This document shows positions 39,584-49,547 of a DNA stretch of 64,000 nucleotides, piece after piece. Position 1 is the stretch's first letter. Each line of letters starts with the position of its first letter. Made by a program: the position numbers and the translations under genes. The stretch comes from an uncultured Acidobacteriota bacterium (GTDB lineage: Bacteria; Acidobacteriota; Vicinamibacteria; Vicinamibacterales; UBA8438): assembly GCA_913043225.1 (NCBI GenBank), contig CAJWLU010000004.1, forward strand, positions 32,001 to 96,000, written 5' to 3'. A model generated the notes under the pieces. The model was given only the letters and a program-made list of their open reading frames with translations. It was not told where the DNA came from and did not search any database.

Positions 39584-41245
39584 TCACTTGACGAAGGTAA
39601 CCTTGTTGATCTCGCGAATGGTGGTGAACCCCGACAGAAGCTTCTCGACCGCCGAGTCGCGCAGGAAGCGCATACCGTCGGCCCGAATCGCCTGCTTGAC
39701 CTCAGAGGCCGGAGCCTTGGCTAGAATCATCTCCCTGAGTTCGTCGGTCAGGTCGAGCAGCTCACAGAGCGCCGTGCGCCCCCGGTAACCGGTGCCGCCG
39801 CACTCGATACATCCGGTCCCCTCATAGAATTGATGGGTGGTCGCCAGAGCAGTATCCAACCCCGACTCTTCGAGCTGCTGCTCGCTAACCGTCGTCGGCC
39901 GGCGGCACTCGGTGCAGATCATGCGGACCAGGCGTTGCGCCATGACGCAATTCAGTGACGAAACGAACTGATACGCCTCCACACCCATGTTCAGGAACCG
40001 CCCCAGCACGTCGAGCACGTTGTTTGCGTGGACGGTCGTAAAGACCAAGTGTCCGGTCAGCGCGGACTGAATCGCGATCTGGGCGGTTTCCGAGTCACGA
40101 ATCTCCCCCACCATGATCTTGTCTGGGTCGTGACGCAAAATCGACCGCAGGCCCCGGGCGAAGGTCAGTCCCTTTCGCTCGTTGATCGGAATCTGAGTAA
40201 TCCCATGCAGCTGATACTCAACCGGATCCTCAATCGTGACGATCTTGTCTTCCGGCGAGTGAATCTCTGACAGCGCCGCATACAAGGTCGTGGTCTTGCC
40301 ACTCCCGGTCGGCCCGGTCACCAGCACCATCCCGTACGGCTCCATGATGGCGCGCCTGAACCGTTTCAGCTCAGACTCAGCGAATCCGAGGATGTCCAGG
40401 TTCAATTCCCGGAACTGCTCGCTGATCGTCTCTTTGTCCAGGATTCGGATGACCGAGTCCTCGCCATGGACGGTTGGCATGACCGAGACACGAAAGTCGA
40501 TGGTCTTCCCTGGCACCTTGACCTTGAAGCGTCCATCTTGCGGCACCCGTTTCTCGGCGATGTCGAGCTCGGCCATGACCTTGACGCGGGAGAGAATCGC
40601 ACTGTGGAAGTGCTTGTCGACCGGCCGCATGGCCGACTGCAACGTGCCGTCAATCCGATACTTGACGTAGACCGCATCGTCCTGCGTCTCTATGTGAATA
40701 TCACTGGCCCTCCGTTGCAAGGCCGTATAGATCATCGAATCCACGAGGCGAATCACTGGACTAATGTCGCTGGTTAGCCGCTCGACCGTCAGGTGCTCCT
40801 CGCCCGCTTCATCCTCCTGCAGAATCTGGAGCTCGAAGCTCTCTTGCGCCTCATCGAGAACGCGCTGCGAGCCTTCGCTCTTCTTGAGAATCGACTCGAT
40901 GGCCGAGGACGTGCCCACTGTGACCCGGATCGGCATCCCGAGCAACAGCGCCAGCTCGTCGATCATAGGCAGATCGGTTGGATCCGACACCACGATGACT
41001 AGGGTCTGCCCGTCCTTCCGGTGCGGCACGAACCCGTAGCGCAGCATCAAATCGGCTGGGATCGACCTGAACAGCTCCGCGTCGATGCGGAACTTCTCCA
41101 TGTCGACGAACTCTAGCCGATACCGCTCGGCCAGCTGCTGGCCTCGTGCCAACTCTGCGACATGATCGACGGCCTCCGGTTCACCGCCGATGTACAGCTC
41201 CTCGGTGGTCCCGGGCTCGATCTCGGCCTGTGTCTCGTCTGTCAT
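39584..41245 (-). CDS. pilB: GspE/PilB secretion ATPase
   Basis: ASDIHIE, DIAEKRVPQDG, GPTGSGKTTT, EDPVEY, LRHDPDKIMVGEIRD, two CxxC. Confidence 0.93.
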   Translation of the reverse strand: MTDETQAEIEPGTTEELYIGGEPEAVDHVAELARGQQLAERYRLEFVDMEKFRIDAELFRSIPADLMLRYGFVPHRKDGQTLVIVVSDPTDLPMIDELALLLGMPIRVTVGTSSAIESILKKSEGSQRVLDEAQESFELQILQEDEAGEEHLTVERLTSDISPVIRLVDSMIYTALQRRASDIHIETQDDAVYVKYRIDGTLQSAMRPVDKHFHSAILSRVKVMAELDIAEKRVPQDGRFKVKVPGKTIDFRVSVMPTVHGEDSVIRILDKETISEQFRELNLDILGFAESELKRFRRAIMEPYGMVLVTGPTGSGKTTTLYAALSEIHSPEDKIVTIEDPVEYQLHGITQIPINERKGLTFARGLRSILRHDPDKIMVGEIRDSETAQIAIQSALTGHLVFTTVHANNVLDVLGRFLNMGVEAYQFVSSLNCVMAQRLVRMICTECRRPTTVSEQQLEESGLDTALATTHQFYEGTGCIECGGTGYRGRTALCELLDLTDELREMILAKAPASEVKQAIRADGMRFLRDSAVEKLLSGFTTIREINKVTFVK

Positions 41246-42450
41246 GCGAGCACCGATCCCATCTGCAACAACGGCATATAAAGAGCAATGAGGAGGCCGG
41301 CGATGACGACTCCCATCACCACGAGCAACGCCGGCTCAATGATCGTCACGAAACGCCCGAGCTGAGTGTCGATCTCCTCGTCGAAAAAGTCGGCCACGCT
41401 GATCAGCATCTCGCGGAGCGAGCCAGTCGATTCTCCGACCTCGACCATCTTGATGGCAACTTCGGGGAAGACCTTCCGTTCAGCCAGCGCCGACGCCAAC
41501 GCCTCACCCTCCCGGACCCGCTGCCCCACCAGTGTGAGCTGATCGGCGAAAAAGCGGTTACCGAGCGAGCGTGACGCGACATCGATGGCATTGACCAACG
41601 GAATGCCGCCTCCCAGCAACGTGGCCAAAGTCCGCGCCAGCTGAGAGGTTGCGAAGCGCGCCGCGATCTTTCCGACCGCCGGCACCCGCAAGATCAGACG
41701 GTCTAACCCCGTCGCCCGGCCCGACTGCTTGAACCAGTACCAAGTGCCTCCCACCACACCGATCACACCCAGAAATACCACCAAGAAATAGGCCCGGAAG
41801 AACGCGGAGACAGCTACGATCAGACGGGTCATAATCGGAAGCTCCGCCTCGAAACTCAGGTAGAATCCCTCGAACTCTGGGACCACACGCAGGACTATGA
41901 TCGCGACGACGATCAGGGCAAGACAAAGCAGGATCGCCGGATAGACGAGCGCCGAGAGCGTCTTCCGCTTGACCGCGCTAACAACCTTCACGTGGTCGAT
42001 GTACCTGCGAATGACCTCCTCAAGTCCTCCGCTCTTCTCCCCAGCCATGAGCGAGGCCGTGTAGACGCCCGGGATCGCCTCACCCTGCGCCTCAAACGCC
42101 TCCGACAGCGCCGCCCCCGCGCGGACGCGATCGTGCACGTCATTTAGAGTTCGCTTGAATCCAGGATCGTCGACCCGCTGGCGCAGGATGTCCAGCGACT
42201 GGACCAGGGGCAGACCGGCCTTGAGTAGAGTTGCCAGTTCCTGATTGAAGACCAGAAACTCCCGTGTCTTGATCCGCCGGTGTCTCTCCCACGAGAGCAC
42301 GGGAACACTGAAACCGCCGCGCCGCTGTAGCGAAAGGATGTACATCCCCTTCGCTTCCAGTTCCTGACGAAGCTGCGCCTCGCTTTCCGAGACGAACACC
42401 TCCTCAACAACCTCTCCGGTCTCGGTGCCAAGCCTGCAGCGAAACTCCAT
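41242..42450 (-). CDS. pilC: GspF/PilC inner-membrane platform protein
   Basis: FNQELATLLKAGLPL, AGEKSG, ALVYP, VGESTG, IEP. Confidence 0.93.
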   Translation of the reverse strand: MEFRCRLGTETGEVVEEVFVSESEAQLRQELEAKGMYILSLQRRGGFSVPVLSWERHRRIKTREFLVFNQELATLLKAGLPLVQSLDILRQRVDDPGFKRTLNDVHDRVRAGAALSEAFEAQGEAIPGVYTASLMAGEKSGGLEEVIRRYIDHVKVVSAVKRKTLSALVYPAILLCLALIVVAIIVLRVVPEFEGFYLSFEAELPIMTRLIVAVSAFFRAYFLVVFLGVIGVVGGTWYWFKQSGRATGLDRLILRVPAVGKIAARFATSQLARTLATLLGGGIPLVNAIDVASRSLGNRFFADQLTLVGQRVREGEALASALAERKVFPEVAIKMVEVGESTGSLREMLISVADFFDEEIDTQLGRFVTIIEPALLVVMGVVIAGLLIALYMPLLQMGSVLA

Positions 42451-42657
42451 GCTTTCCAGCGCGATCCGGGGTGACCCGCCGAGTCGCAAATTAAAGACTG
42501 GCGTTACAAGTTAAGGAATGGCGGTACAACCCCTTGTCAAATATGCAATTATCGGCGCTCCACCTAATGAGAATTATACCTTGGGCTCCGATGACCGCTT
42601 TGGGGGGCACCGAGGTTGTAGTGTGCCGGAACGGATGGCCCTTAGCTAGGACCTGGC

Positions 42658-43329
42658 CTACTCCCCGGCCGCGTCGACGATGCTCAGGATCTTCTCGACG
42701 TAGCGACGCGTTTCGGGATAGGGCGGAACACCGCCGAACCTCCTGACGGTTCCTTCTCCGGCGTTGTAGGCCGCTAGGGCGCCCGTAACGTCGTACCGAT
42801 CCAACAGCGACCGCAGATGCTTGGTGCCAGCCTCAATGTTCGCCCTAGGGTCATAGGGATCGCTCACCGAGTACTGGCGGGCAGTGGCCGGCATCAGCTG
42901 CATCAAGCCCATTGCTCCCTTCGGTGACCGAGCGTCAGGCCGATAGGACGATTCCACCTCAATGAGCGCGGCGACCAGTGTCGGGTCCACTCCGTGCCGC
43001 ACCGAAATGGTGTCGATGATTTCGGCATAGGGGAGCGATGCGAGAACCGGCTTCGCCACGGCCTCAGCCTCTGCCACCGGTGGTGGTGAAGGCGTGGGCG
43101 GCGCGGGGTCAGCCTCGATCTTAACCACAAGTGAGCGTGCCGCCGAGATCTGGCCGCCATTGGGCAGATACAGCACCACTCTGTCCCCCTGAAACTCGTG
43201 CCCGGCTACCGAAAGCGTGTGCCCGGTAGTCAGCAGCACCAGTTCGGCCGAGGCGGGGGCCACGGCCGGCCGGACGACCAGCAGAACCGCCAGCAGCGCC
43301 AAGGCAAGGACGCGCGTCGCGCTCCACAT
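42658..43329 (-). CDS. Lytic transglycosylase (SLT domain)
   Basis: ALIEVES, SPKGAMGLMQLMP.TA, ALAAYNAGEG, PPYPETRRYV. Confidence 0.93.
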   Translation of the reverse strand: MWSATRVLALALLAVLLVVRPAVAPASAELVLLTTGHTLSVAGHEFQGDRVVLYLPNGGQISAARSLVVKIEADPAPPTPSPPPVAEAEAVAKPVLASLPYAEIIDTISVRHGVDPTLVAALIEVESSYRPDARSPKGAMGLMQLMPATARQYSVSDPYDPRANIEAGTKHLRSLLDRYDVTGALAAYNAGEGTVRRFGGVPPYPETRRYVEKILSIVDAAGE

Positions 43330-43508
43330 CCGATCAGCGTAGCATGTCGTCCGAAGGCCGACCAATGCGACCAAAGTCGTACCGCAGACCCAATTCTTAA
43401 CGCTTCGACTACCGCCCTGAGCCATACCTCTACTCTTATCGGCAGGACGAAGGGCCGGGGTGAACTGGACCGGTTCTGACCGGTTTTCCACATCTTCTGT
43501 TGAATGAC

Positions 43509-44411
43509 CTAATCTATCTCAAGGAAAGCGTAGAAGACCTGAATCCCCAGCTCACGATTGTCGGCGTTGGCGCCATCGGTGATATCAGACGGCACGAACG
43601 CAGGGTCCACCGTCAACACCAGCGTCACCGTGTCGTCCTCGCCCATCGTCGCGGCCGACACAGGGAGCTCGTGAAAACTCGCGTCCGGTACCATCTCGAA
43701 GCTCGCAATCTCGGTCTCGCCAATGGCCAGCGTGACCAACTGTGGATCGTCGAGAAGTTCCGGACGCCCGTCGACCTCAAGATAGAGCGTGGAGTCTGTT
43801 CGCGGATTACGGAACGAGATAGTCGAGCGCCCCATCGTCCATCGCCACTCGCGTTCCGAGTTTTCAGGCATCGACTCCACGTCGTGCCACCCGTCCTCAA
43901 AGAACAAGAATCCGCTTTCCGATTGCGGAGCCATCTCGAAGGTCCCCACCTGATACGCACGCTGACCTAGGTGGTCACCGCCGAGCGGCAGACGATCGCC
44001 CTGCGCCGGTGAGTAAAGCCCGAGCGCGACAGTGGCCTCACCGATGTAGGGGTACACCGGCGTGAAAAAGCGACGCCGGTAGGTGATCTCTCTCCCGGCC
44101 GTCCAGCTCGACAGCGGCTCTGGAGGATCGTGGTCGTCCGAGAACATCACGGCCCCGTCTGCATCGAGGAAGTGTACAAAGACGCGGTAGTCGTCCTCGA
44201 GCGCCGGCGCGGACGGCGCGAGCGTGAACCGATAGGTCATCTCGAGCGGCCCACCGAGCGGCACCCGATCGCGACCTAATGCCACGGCGGCGGTCCCGAT
44301 CGGGGGTGCCGTATCGGCCAGGCCGCAAGCCGACAGCCCCGTCACGAGCGACAAAAAGGCCGACACACAGAGGAAGATCGAGCGTGGGGAACGCGTGATT
44401 CGCAACACCAT
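43509..44411 (-). CDS. Hypothetical lipoprotein
   Basis: Lipobox LSAC; YRVFVH...DDH.P, GWHDVE, WRWT, RELG motifs. Confidence 0.75.
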   Translation of the reverse strand: MVLRITRSPRSIFLCVSAFLSLVTGLSACGLADTAPPIGTAAVALGRDRVPLGGPLEMTYRFTLAPSAPALEDDYRVFVHFLDADGAVMFSDDHDPPEPLSSWTAGREITYRRRFFTPVYPYIGEATVALGLYSPAQGDRLPLGGDHLGQRAYQVGTFEMAPQSESGFLFFEDGWHDVESMPENSEREWRWTMGRSTISFRNPRTDSTLYLEVDGRPELLDDPQLVTLAIGETEIASFEMVPDASFHELPVSAATMGEDDTVTLVLTVDPAFVPSDITDGANADNRELGIQVFYAFLEID

Positions 44412-44599
44412 CGTACGACGGCGGATTGTAGCTCTCTTTCGGCGGCGCCCGCAAGTTGCCGCATCTCCTGCAATATGTTACATTTCCGGCGCTTTCGTGC
44501 CCGCGGTGTACCCGAGGACGGGACCACGGCCACGTAGCCCCGGCCGCCCCGTGCCGCGGCCGCTAGTGCGGTCATATCGGCACACTTCGGAGAAGGGTT

Positions 44600-44878
44600 A
44601 TGTCGCTCGAAGCGCTCGGAATGGTGGAGACGAAGGGGCTGGTCGGCTCAATCGAGGCGGCCGACGCGATGGTGAAGGCGGCCAACGTTGTGCTGATCGG
44701 CAAGGAATACATCGGCGCCGGCTACGTAACCGTGTTCGTGCGCGGCGACGTGGGCGCGGTCAAGGCCTCGACCGACGCCGGCGCCGCCGCCGCCCGACGG
44801 GTCGGCGAGCTCGTCTCCGTACACGTCATCCCGCGTCCCCACGGCGAGGTCGAGAAGATCCTGCCGCAGCCCAAGTAG
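44600..44878 (+). CDS. Bacterial microcompartment hexamer shell protein (EutM/PduA-like BMC-H)
   Basis: [36 protein letters not shown]. Confidence 0.97.
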   Translation: MSLEALGMVETKGLVGSIEAADAMVKAANVVLIGKEYIGAGYVTVFVRGDVGAVKASTDAGAAAARRVGELVSVHVIPRPHGEVEKILPQPK

Positions 44879-44921
44879 ACACCTAGGTTCCACCCGACGC
44901 TGATCGGCTTCGTCGAGAACC

Positions 44922-46679
44922 ATGGCCGACGCCGCCGCTTTCCCCGACCGCGACCTCGACTCCATCCGCGAAGCCAGAGAGCTCGCGCGACGGGCGCGAG
45001 CCGCCCAGACCCGGCTAGCCGACCTTAGCCAGGAACAGGTCGACACGATCGTCGATGCCGTCGCCGCGGCGGCGCAGCGTGAGGTCAAGGCGTTCGCCCG
45101 TCTCGCCGTCGACGAGACCGGCTACGGCAACGAGGCGGACAAGATCAAGAAGAACCGCTTCGCCGCCGAGACCATCTACAACTTTATCCAGCCGATGCGA
45201 ACTGTCGGCGTGATCAACCGGCGCGAATCCGAACGGATCATCGAGATCGCTGAACCGTTCGGGGTTGTAGCGGCGATCGTTCCCTCTACAAACCCGACAT
45301 CTACGGCGATCTATAAGATCCTGGTCTGCCTGAAGGCGCGGTGTGCCGTCGTCCTCAGTCCCCACCCATCGGCCGCCCGCTCGATCATCCGGGTTGCCGA
45401 CGTGCTCACCCGTGCCGCTCTCTCGGTGGGAGCGCCTGAGGGCGCAGTTAACTGCATGACCACCATCACGCAGGAAGGCACGCTGGAACTGATGCGGAGC
45501 CGCGAAGTGGCCTTGATTCTGGCCACGGGCGGTCTCGGACTGGTCCGCGCCGCCTACAGCGCGGGCAAACCAGCCTATGGCGTCGGTCCGGGCAACGCGC
45601 CGGCCTACATCGAACGCACCGCAGACGTTCCCAAAGCCGTCGCGGACATCATCACCGGGAAGACCTTCGATAATGGTGTCCTCTGCTCATCGGAAAACTC
45701 CGTAGTCGTAGATGAGGCGGTCGCTGGCGACGTTCGGCGGGCGTTCGAGAAACAAGGCGGGCGTTTCCTCAACCCACTGGAAGCGGCCAAGCTGGCCGAG
45801 GTGCTCGTGACACCGCAGCGACTGCCGAATCCGGAACTAGTCGGTAAGTCGGCTATCGAGATCGCCGCCCGCGTCGGAATCGAGATCACCGGGGACACAC
45901 GGGTGCTCATCGCCACGCTGACGGGCGTGGGCCGCGACCACCCGCTATCGATGGAGAAGCTCTGCCCGGTGCTCTCCTTCTACGAGGTCTCGGATTGGCG
46001 AGCCGCCGGTGCGCGCTGCAAGGAGATTCTGGCCTACGGCGGCATGGGTCACACCATGTCGATTCACTCGGGCGACGAGCGGATCATCCTGGAGTTCGGT
46101 CTCCAAGAGCCCGCTTTCAGGATCGTGGTGAACAGCCCGACGACCCTCGGGGCAATCGGCATGACCACCGGCCTTGATCCGTCGATGACACTCGGCTGCG
46201 GCGGCTGGGGGGGCAATATAACGTCCGACAACGTCACGCCCAGGCACCTACTGAACGTCAAGCGGCTCGCATACGAGACTCGGTCGGCGCCGCGACCGAG
46301 TGCAACCGTCGCCGGCGGCCCCGCGCTCCCCCTGCAACAGGCGCCGGACCGACCAGTAACCCACGGCGTGGACCCGGCGGTTCTGAACGAACGCATCGAG
46401 TTGTTTCTCGCCTCGCGCGGCATCGCCAGCACTACGCCCGCGCCACTGGAGGACCAGGCGCCCACGCTGCCACCCGCGGCGCCGCCGACGGCACCCACCT
46501 CGGCCGCCCCCCTTCCTCCAGCCGCTACGCCAATGGACTTCGTCTGCGAGGACGATGTCCGCCAGGCGCTACGGGAGAACCGGCAAATTCTCGTCAGCGC
46601 GGCAACGATCATCACTCCGGCCGCCCGCGATCTCGGGGAGGCGCAGCGGGTGTTCGTTCACGCATCAACTCCTCGCTAG
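44922..46679 (+). CDS. CoA-acylating aldehyde dehydrogenase (EutE/AdhE-N-like) with C-terminal extension
   Basis: [51 protein letters not shown]. Confidence 0.92.
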   Translation: MADAAAFPDRDLDSIREARELARRARAAQTRLADLSQEQVDTIVDAVAAAAQREVKAFARLAVDETGYGNEADKIKKNRFAAETIYNFIQPMRTVGVINRRESERIIEIAEPFGVVAAIVPSTNPTSTAIYKILVCLKARCAVVLSPHPSAARSIIRVADVLTRAALSVGAPEGAVNCMTTITQEGTLELMRSREVALILATGGLGLVRAAYSAGKPAYGVGPGNAPAYIERTADVPKAVADIITGKTFDNGVLCSSENSVVVDEAVAGDVRRAFEKQGGRFLNPLEAAKLAEVLVTPQRLPNPELVGKSAIEIAARVGIEITGDTRVLIATLTGVGRDHPLSMEKLCPVLSFYEVSDWRAAGARCKEILAYGGMGHTMSIHSGDERIILEFGLQEPAFRIVVNSPTTLGAIGMTTGLDPSMTLGCGGWGGNITSDNVTPRHLLNVKRLAYETRSAPRPSATVAGGPALPLQQAPDRPVTHGVDPAVLNERIELFLASRGIASTTPAPLEDQAPTLPPAAPPTAPTSAAPLPPAATPMDFVCEDDVRQALRENRQILVSAATIITPAARDLGEAQRVFVHASTPR

Positions 46680-46693
46680 CACCGAACCGACGC

Positions 46694-47161
46694 GTGGCCG
46701 ACTTCGACCCCACCGCGCATCGCCTAGTCCCGACCCGCACCTTCGACGAGTTGGCGATCGGCGAGCAATTTCCGATCCCGAGCCGCACGGTGACCGACGG
46801 CCAATTCGCCGCGTTCCAGGTCGTCTCGGCCGACAATCATCCGGTGCACTACGACGCCGAGTATTGCCGCTCTCAAGGGTATTCCGCGCCGATCGCACAT
46901 GGTTTTCAGGTGCTCTCGGCCACCGCTCCCGGCGCCGGGCTCTTTCCCCACGTGATGGGCCAGCGGCTCATGGGCTTCCTCGAACAGTCCTCCCGTTTTC
47001 TCGCTCCGGTCTATCTGGGCGACACGCTTTATCCCGAGCTCACGATTACCGATCTAGTTCGACAGCGCACGACGGGCGTCGTCACCCTCCGCGCCACTGT
47101 GCACAACCAGCACCGCACCTTAGTCCTCGACGGCAGCCAAAAGTTCCTCGTCCGTCTGTAG
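46694..47161 (+). CDS. MaoC-like (hot-dog fold) dehydratase
   Basis: F..VSADNHPVHYD, IAHG, FLAPVYLGDTL, NQ. Confidence 0.88.
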   Translation: MADFDPTAHRLVPTRTFDELAIGEQFPIPSRTVTDGQFAAFQVVSADNHPVHYDAEYCRSQGYSAPIAHGFQVLSATAPGAGLFPHVMGQRLMGFLEQSSRFLAPVYLGDTLYPELTITDLVRQRTTGVVTLRATVHNQHRTLVLDGSQKFLVRL

Positions 47162-47260
47162 CCGCCGCGCCCCACGAGGAGCGCGCAAGAAACTGCGGCT
47201 AGACCTATCTCGATACAGGCCGCGGCCTCGGGTCGACGGGTCAAGGTCTGGCCCGGCTCG

Positions 47261-47280
47261 TATAATGCGACGAACAGGAG
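47261..47280 (+). promoter_or_regulatory. -10 box and RBS of the AsnB-like operon
   Basis: TATAAT at 47261-47266, AGGAG at 47276-47280, ATG at 47289. Confidence 0.55.
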
Positions 47281-47288
47281 ACAGTCCC

Positions 47289-48632
47289 ATGGACCGCCAG
47301 ATTCATCGAGTCATCGACCTCATCGACGATTCCGAGCAACTGATTCAGAACATGGCGATCGCCGATGCCCGCGACCGGTTACGCGGCTCTCCTGACGGCA
47401 TGCTCGGGATCCAGGGCTCGTTTGCGCTGACGGTCAGGGACCGCGAACAGGTGCTCATGGCGCGGAGCCTCGACCGACCAATGCGCTACTTCCTCGCAAA
47501 AGAGGTCGCCGGCCCGTTGCTCATCGTCGCGGAGCGAATCGACGAAATCGCCGACCAATTACAGCGTCTGGGGTACGGCGACCAGTTCCATCCAACCTAC
47601 ACCCGGATGGTACCGGCACATCACGTGACCGCGCTCCGACTGATCGGCTGCCCTGACCCGAACCCACAGCAGCGCCGGTTCTTTGCTCCACCCCGGGCCA
47701 CGCTCGCTCCCGACCTCGATCAGATCGGCGATGCCTATATCGAGGCACTGACTGGCGAAGTCACGACCTGGCTGGACGCGCAAGACCCTAAGGCGCCACT
47801 CGGCGTCCTCTTTTCTGGCGGCATCGACAGCACGGCCGTGCTTGTAACGCTGTACCGCGCCTTGATTGACCGGGGCGACAGCGCCGCGCGACTCAAAGCC
47901 TTCACGCTGGCCGTCGACGGCCAAGGTTCCGACCTGGAACAGGCACGTCGTGCGCTCGCGCACCTCGAGCTCGGATTCCTGCACGAGCCGGTGGACGCTC
48001 CAAGTAACGCGCTGGATCCCCTCGAGGCGGTGGAGGTGATTGAGGACTACAAACCACTGGACGTCGAATGCGCCACCATGATGCTGGCGCTGCTCGGTGG
48101 CATCCGCGCCCGCTACCCCCACTGGCGTCTCATCGTTGACGGCGACGGCGGTGACGAAAACCTTAAGGACTACCCTCTCGAAGAAGACAACGAGTTGACG
48201 ATCCGCAGCGTCGTATCGAACTCGATGCTCTACCAGGAAGGGTGGGGCGTCGACGCGCTCAAGCACTCCCTGACCTACTCCGGCGGTCTCTCGCGCGCCT
48301 GCGTCAGGGGCCGCGCGCCAGCCCGCCGCCTTGGCTTTCTCGGCTTCAGCCCCTTCACGCGCCCTGGTCTCGTGCGAGTGGCAGAAGCCATCCCGTTCGA
48401 CGCGCTGACCAAAGGATCGACCGCGCGGCTCTACGCCCTGAAGGGCGAGATCGTCAGGCGCGGACTCGAGCATCGCTACGGGCGTTCCATGCCCATTTAC
48501 CCCAAACGACGCTTTCAGCACGGCGCCGCGACGCCATCGACCTTTACCTCGAGATTCTCGGTACCCGAAGAGCGCTATCGCGCCCACTTCCAGACGCTTT
48601 GGGGAGCCCCCACCGGCGCACGCTCCATCTAA
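47289..48632 (+). CDS. Asparagine-synthetase-like ATP pyrophosphatase (no N-terminal catalytic Cys)
   Basis: PP-loop LFSGGIDS, DGDGGDE, SPF, K.RFQHG; truncated Ntn-like start (G.FA, ARS...P..Y). Confidence 0.85.
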   Translation: MDRQIHRVIDLIDDSEQLIQNMAIADARDRLRGSPDGMLGIQGSFALTVRDREQVLMARSLDRPMRYFLAKEVAGPLLIVAERIDEIADQLQRLGYGDQFHPTYTRMVPAHHVTALRLIGCPDPNPQQRRFFAPPRATLAPDLDQIGDAYIEALTGEVTTWLDAQDPKAPLGVLFSGGIDSTAVLVTLYRALIDRGDSAARLKAFTLAVDGQGSDLEQARRALAHLELGFLHEPVDAPSNALDPLEAVEVIEDYKPLDVECATMMLALLGGIRARYPHWRLIVDGDGGDENLKDYPLEEDNELTIRSVVSNSMLYQEGWGVDALKHSLTYSGGLSRACVRGRAPARRLGFLGFSPFTRPGLVRVAEAIPFDALTKGSTARLYALKGEIVRRGLEHRYGRSMPIYPKRRFQHGAATPSTFTSRFSVPEERYRAHFQTLWGAPTGARSI

Positions 48633-48638
48633 TCCGGC

Positions 48639-49547
48639 ATGACTGACCCACCAGGGCCGGTCCGGCCAAGACCTCCGGTGCGACTTGTTCACGAGTGGGA
48701 GCACAGCCCCGCCGGGACACGCTGTCAAGCCAGCACCGTCTTTCTTGTCGGTGCTCGGTGCCCCTTCGCCTGTGTGTTCTGCGACCTCGGGCAATACACC
48801 ATCGGTGGCCCAACGCCTCCCGGGGCGATCACCGGACAGTTGGACTGGGCGCTGTCCCGCATCGTTCACCGGGATCGCATCAAGCTCTACAACGCCAGCA
48901 ACTTCTTCGACGAGCGTGCAATCCCAGCCGCCGAGGACCGGGACATCGTTGAACGCCTCCACCGGTTCGCTGAAGTGGTCGTGGAATGTCACCCGTGCCT
49001 CATTGGCGACCGATGCTTCGCCTTTGCCGATCGCCTTGCCGGGAGACTGCAGGTCGCGCTCGGCCTGGAGACCGCGCATCCGGAAACACTGGAGCGCCTG
49101 AACAAGGGCATGACACTCGCCGACTTCGACCGCGCCGCGGAAACCCTCCGGCGGCACCGGATCGGTCTCAGAGCATTCGTACTCGTCGGTGCCCCGTTTC
49201 TGACAGCCTCGGAGCAGCACACCTGGACACTCCGGTCTGTCGATCACGCGGTGGCGCAGGGCGCCGAACAGGTCTCTCTCATCCCGGTCCGTCCGCAGGC
49301 CGAACTCGACGGCCTGTCCTCCCAGGGCAAATGGCTCCAGCCCAGCTTCGCCCGGTTCGAGTCCGTGGTCGAGTCGGCGGTGGACAGCCACGGCCGATTG
49401 GTCCAGGCAGACCTGTGGGATCTGGAACGGTTGTCGACCTGCGCGGTGTGTCTCCCTGCGCGCCGGAATCGCCTCGACGCGATGAACCGAGACGGGCGGA
49501 TACACCCGGCGGTCGGGTGCTCGCGGTGCGAGAGGGTAGCCTCGTGA
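48639..49547 (+). CDS. Radical SAM protein, RaSEA (archaeosine synthase beta / TIGR01210)-like
   Basis: CPFACVFC; IKLYNASNFFD, VECHP, VALGLET, LNKG.T..DF..A, AFVLVGAPFL; C-terminal CxxC...CxxC. Confidence 0.78.
   Translation: MTDPPGPVRPRPPVRLVHEWEHSPAGTRCQASTVFLVGARCPFACVFCDLGQYTIGGPTPPGAITGQLDWALSRIVHRDRIKLYNASNFFDERAIPAAEDRDIVERLHRFAEVVVECHPCLIGDRCFAFADRLAGRLQVALGLETAHPETLERLNKGMTLADFDRAAETLRRHRIGLRAFVLVGAPFLTASEQHTWTLRSVDHAVAQGAEQVSLIPVRPQAELDGLSSQGKWLQPSFARFESVVESAVDSHGRLVQADLWDLERLSTCAVCLPARRNRLDAMNRDGRIHPAVGCSRCERVAS

Noticed and set aside
48986..49543. Long N-terminal extensions in the ORF track (halogenase; also pilN, guaB, metK, aminotransferase, TIGR00300)
   Set aside because: They overlap neighbouring genes or promoters and lack family similarity; downstream starts fit better
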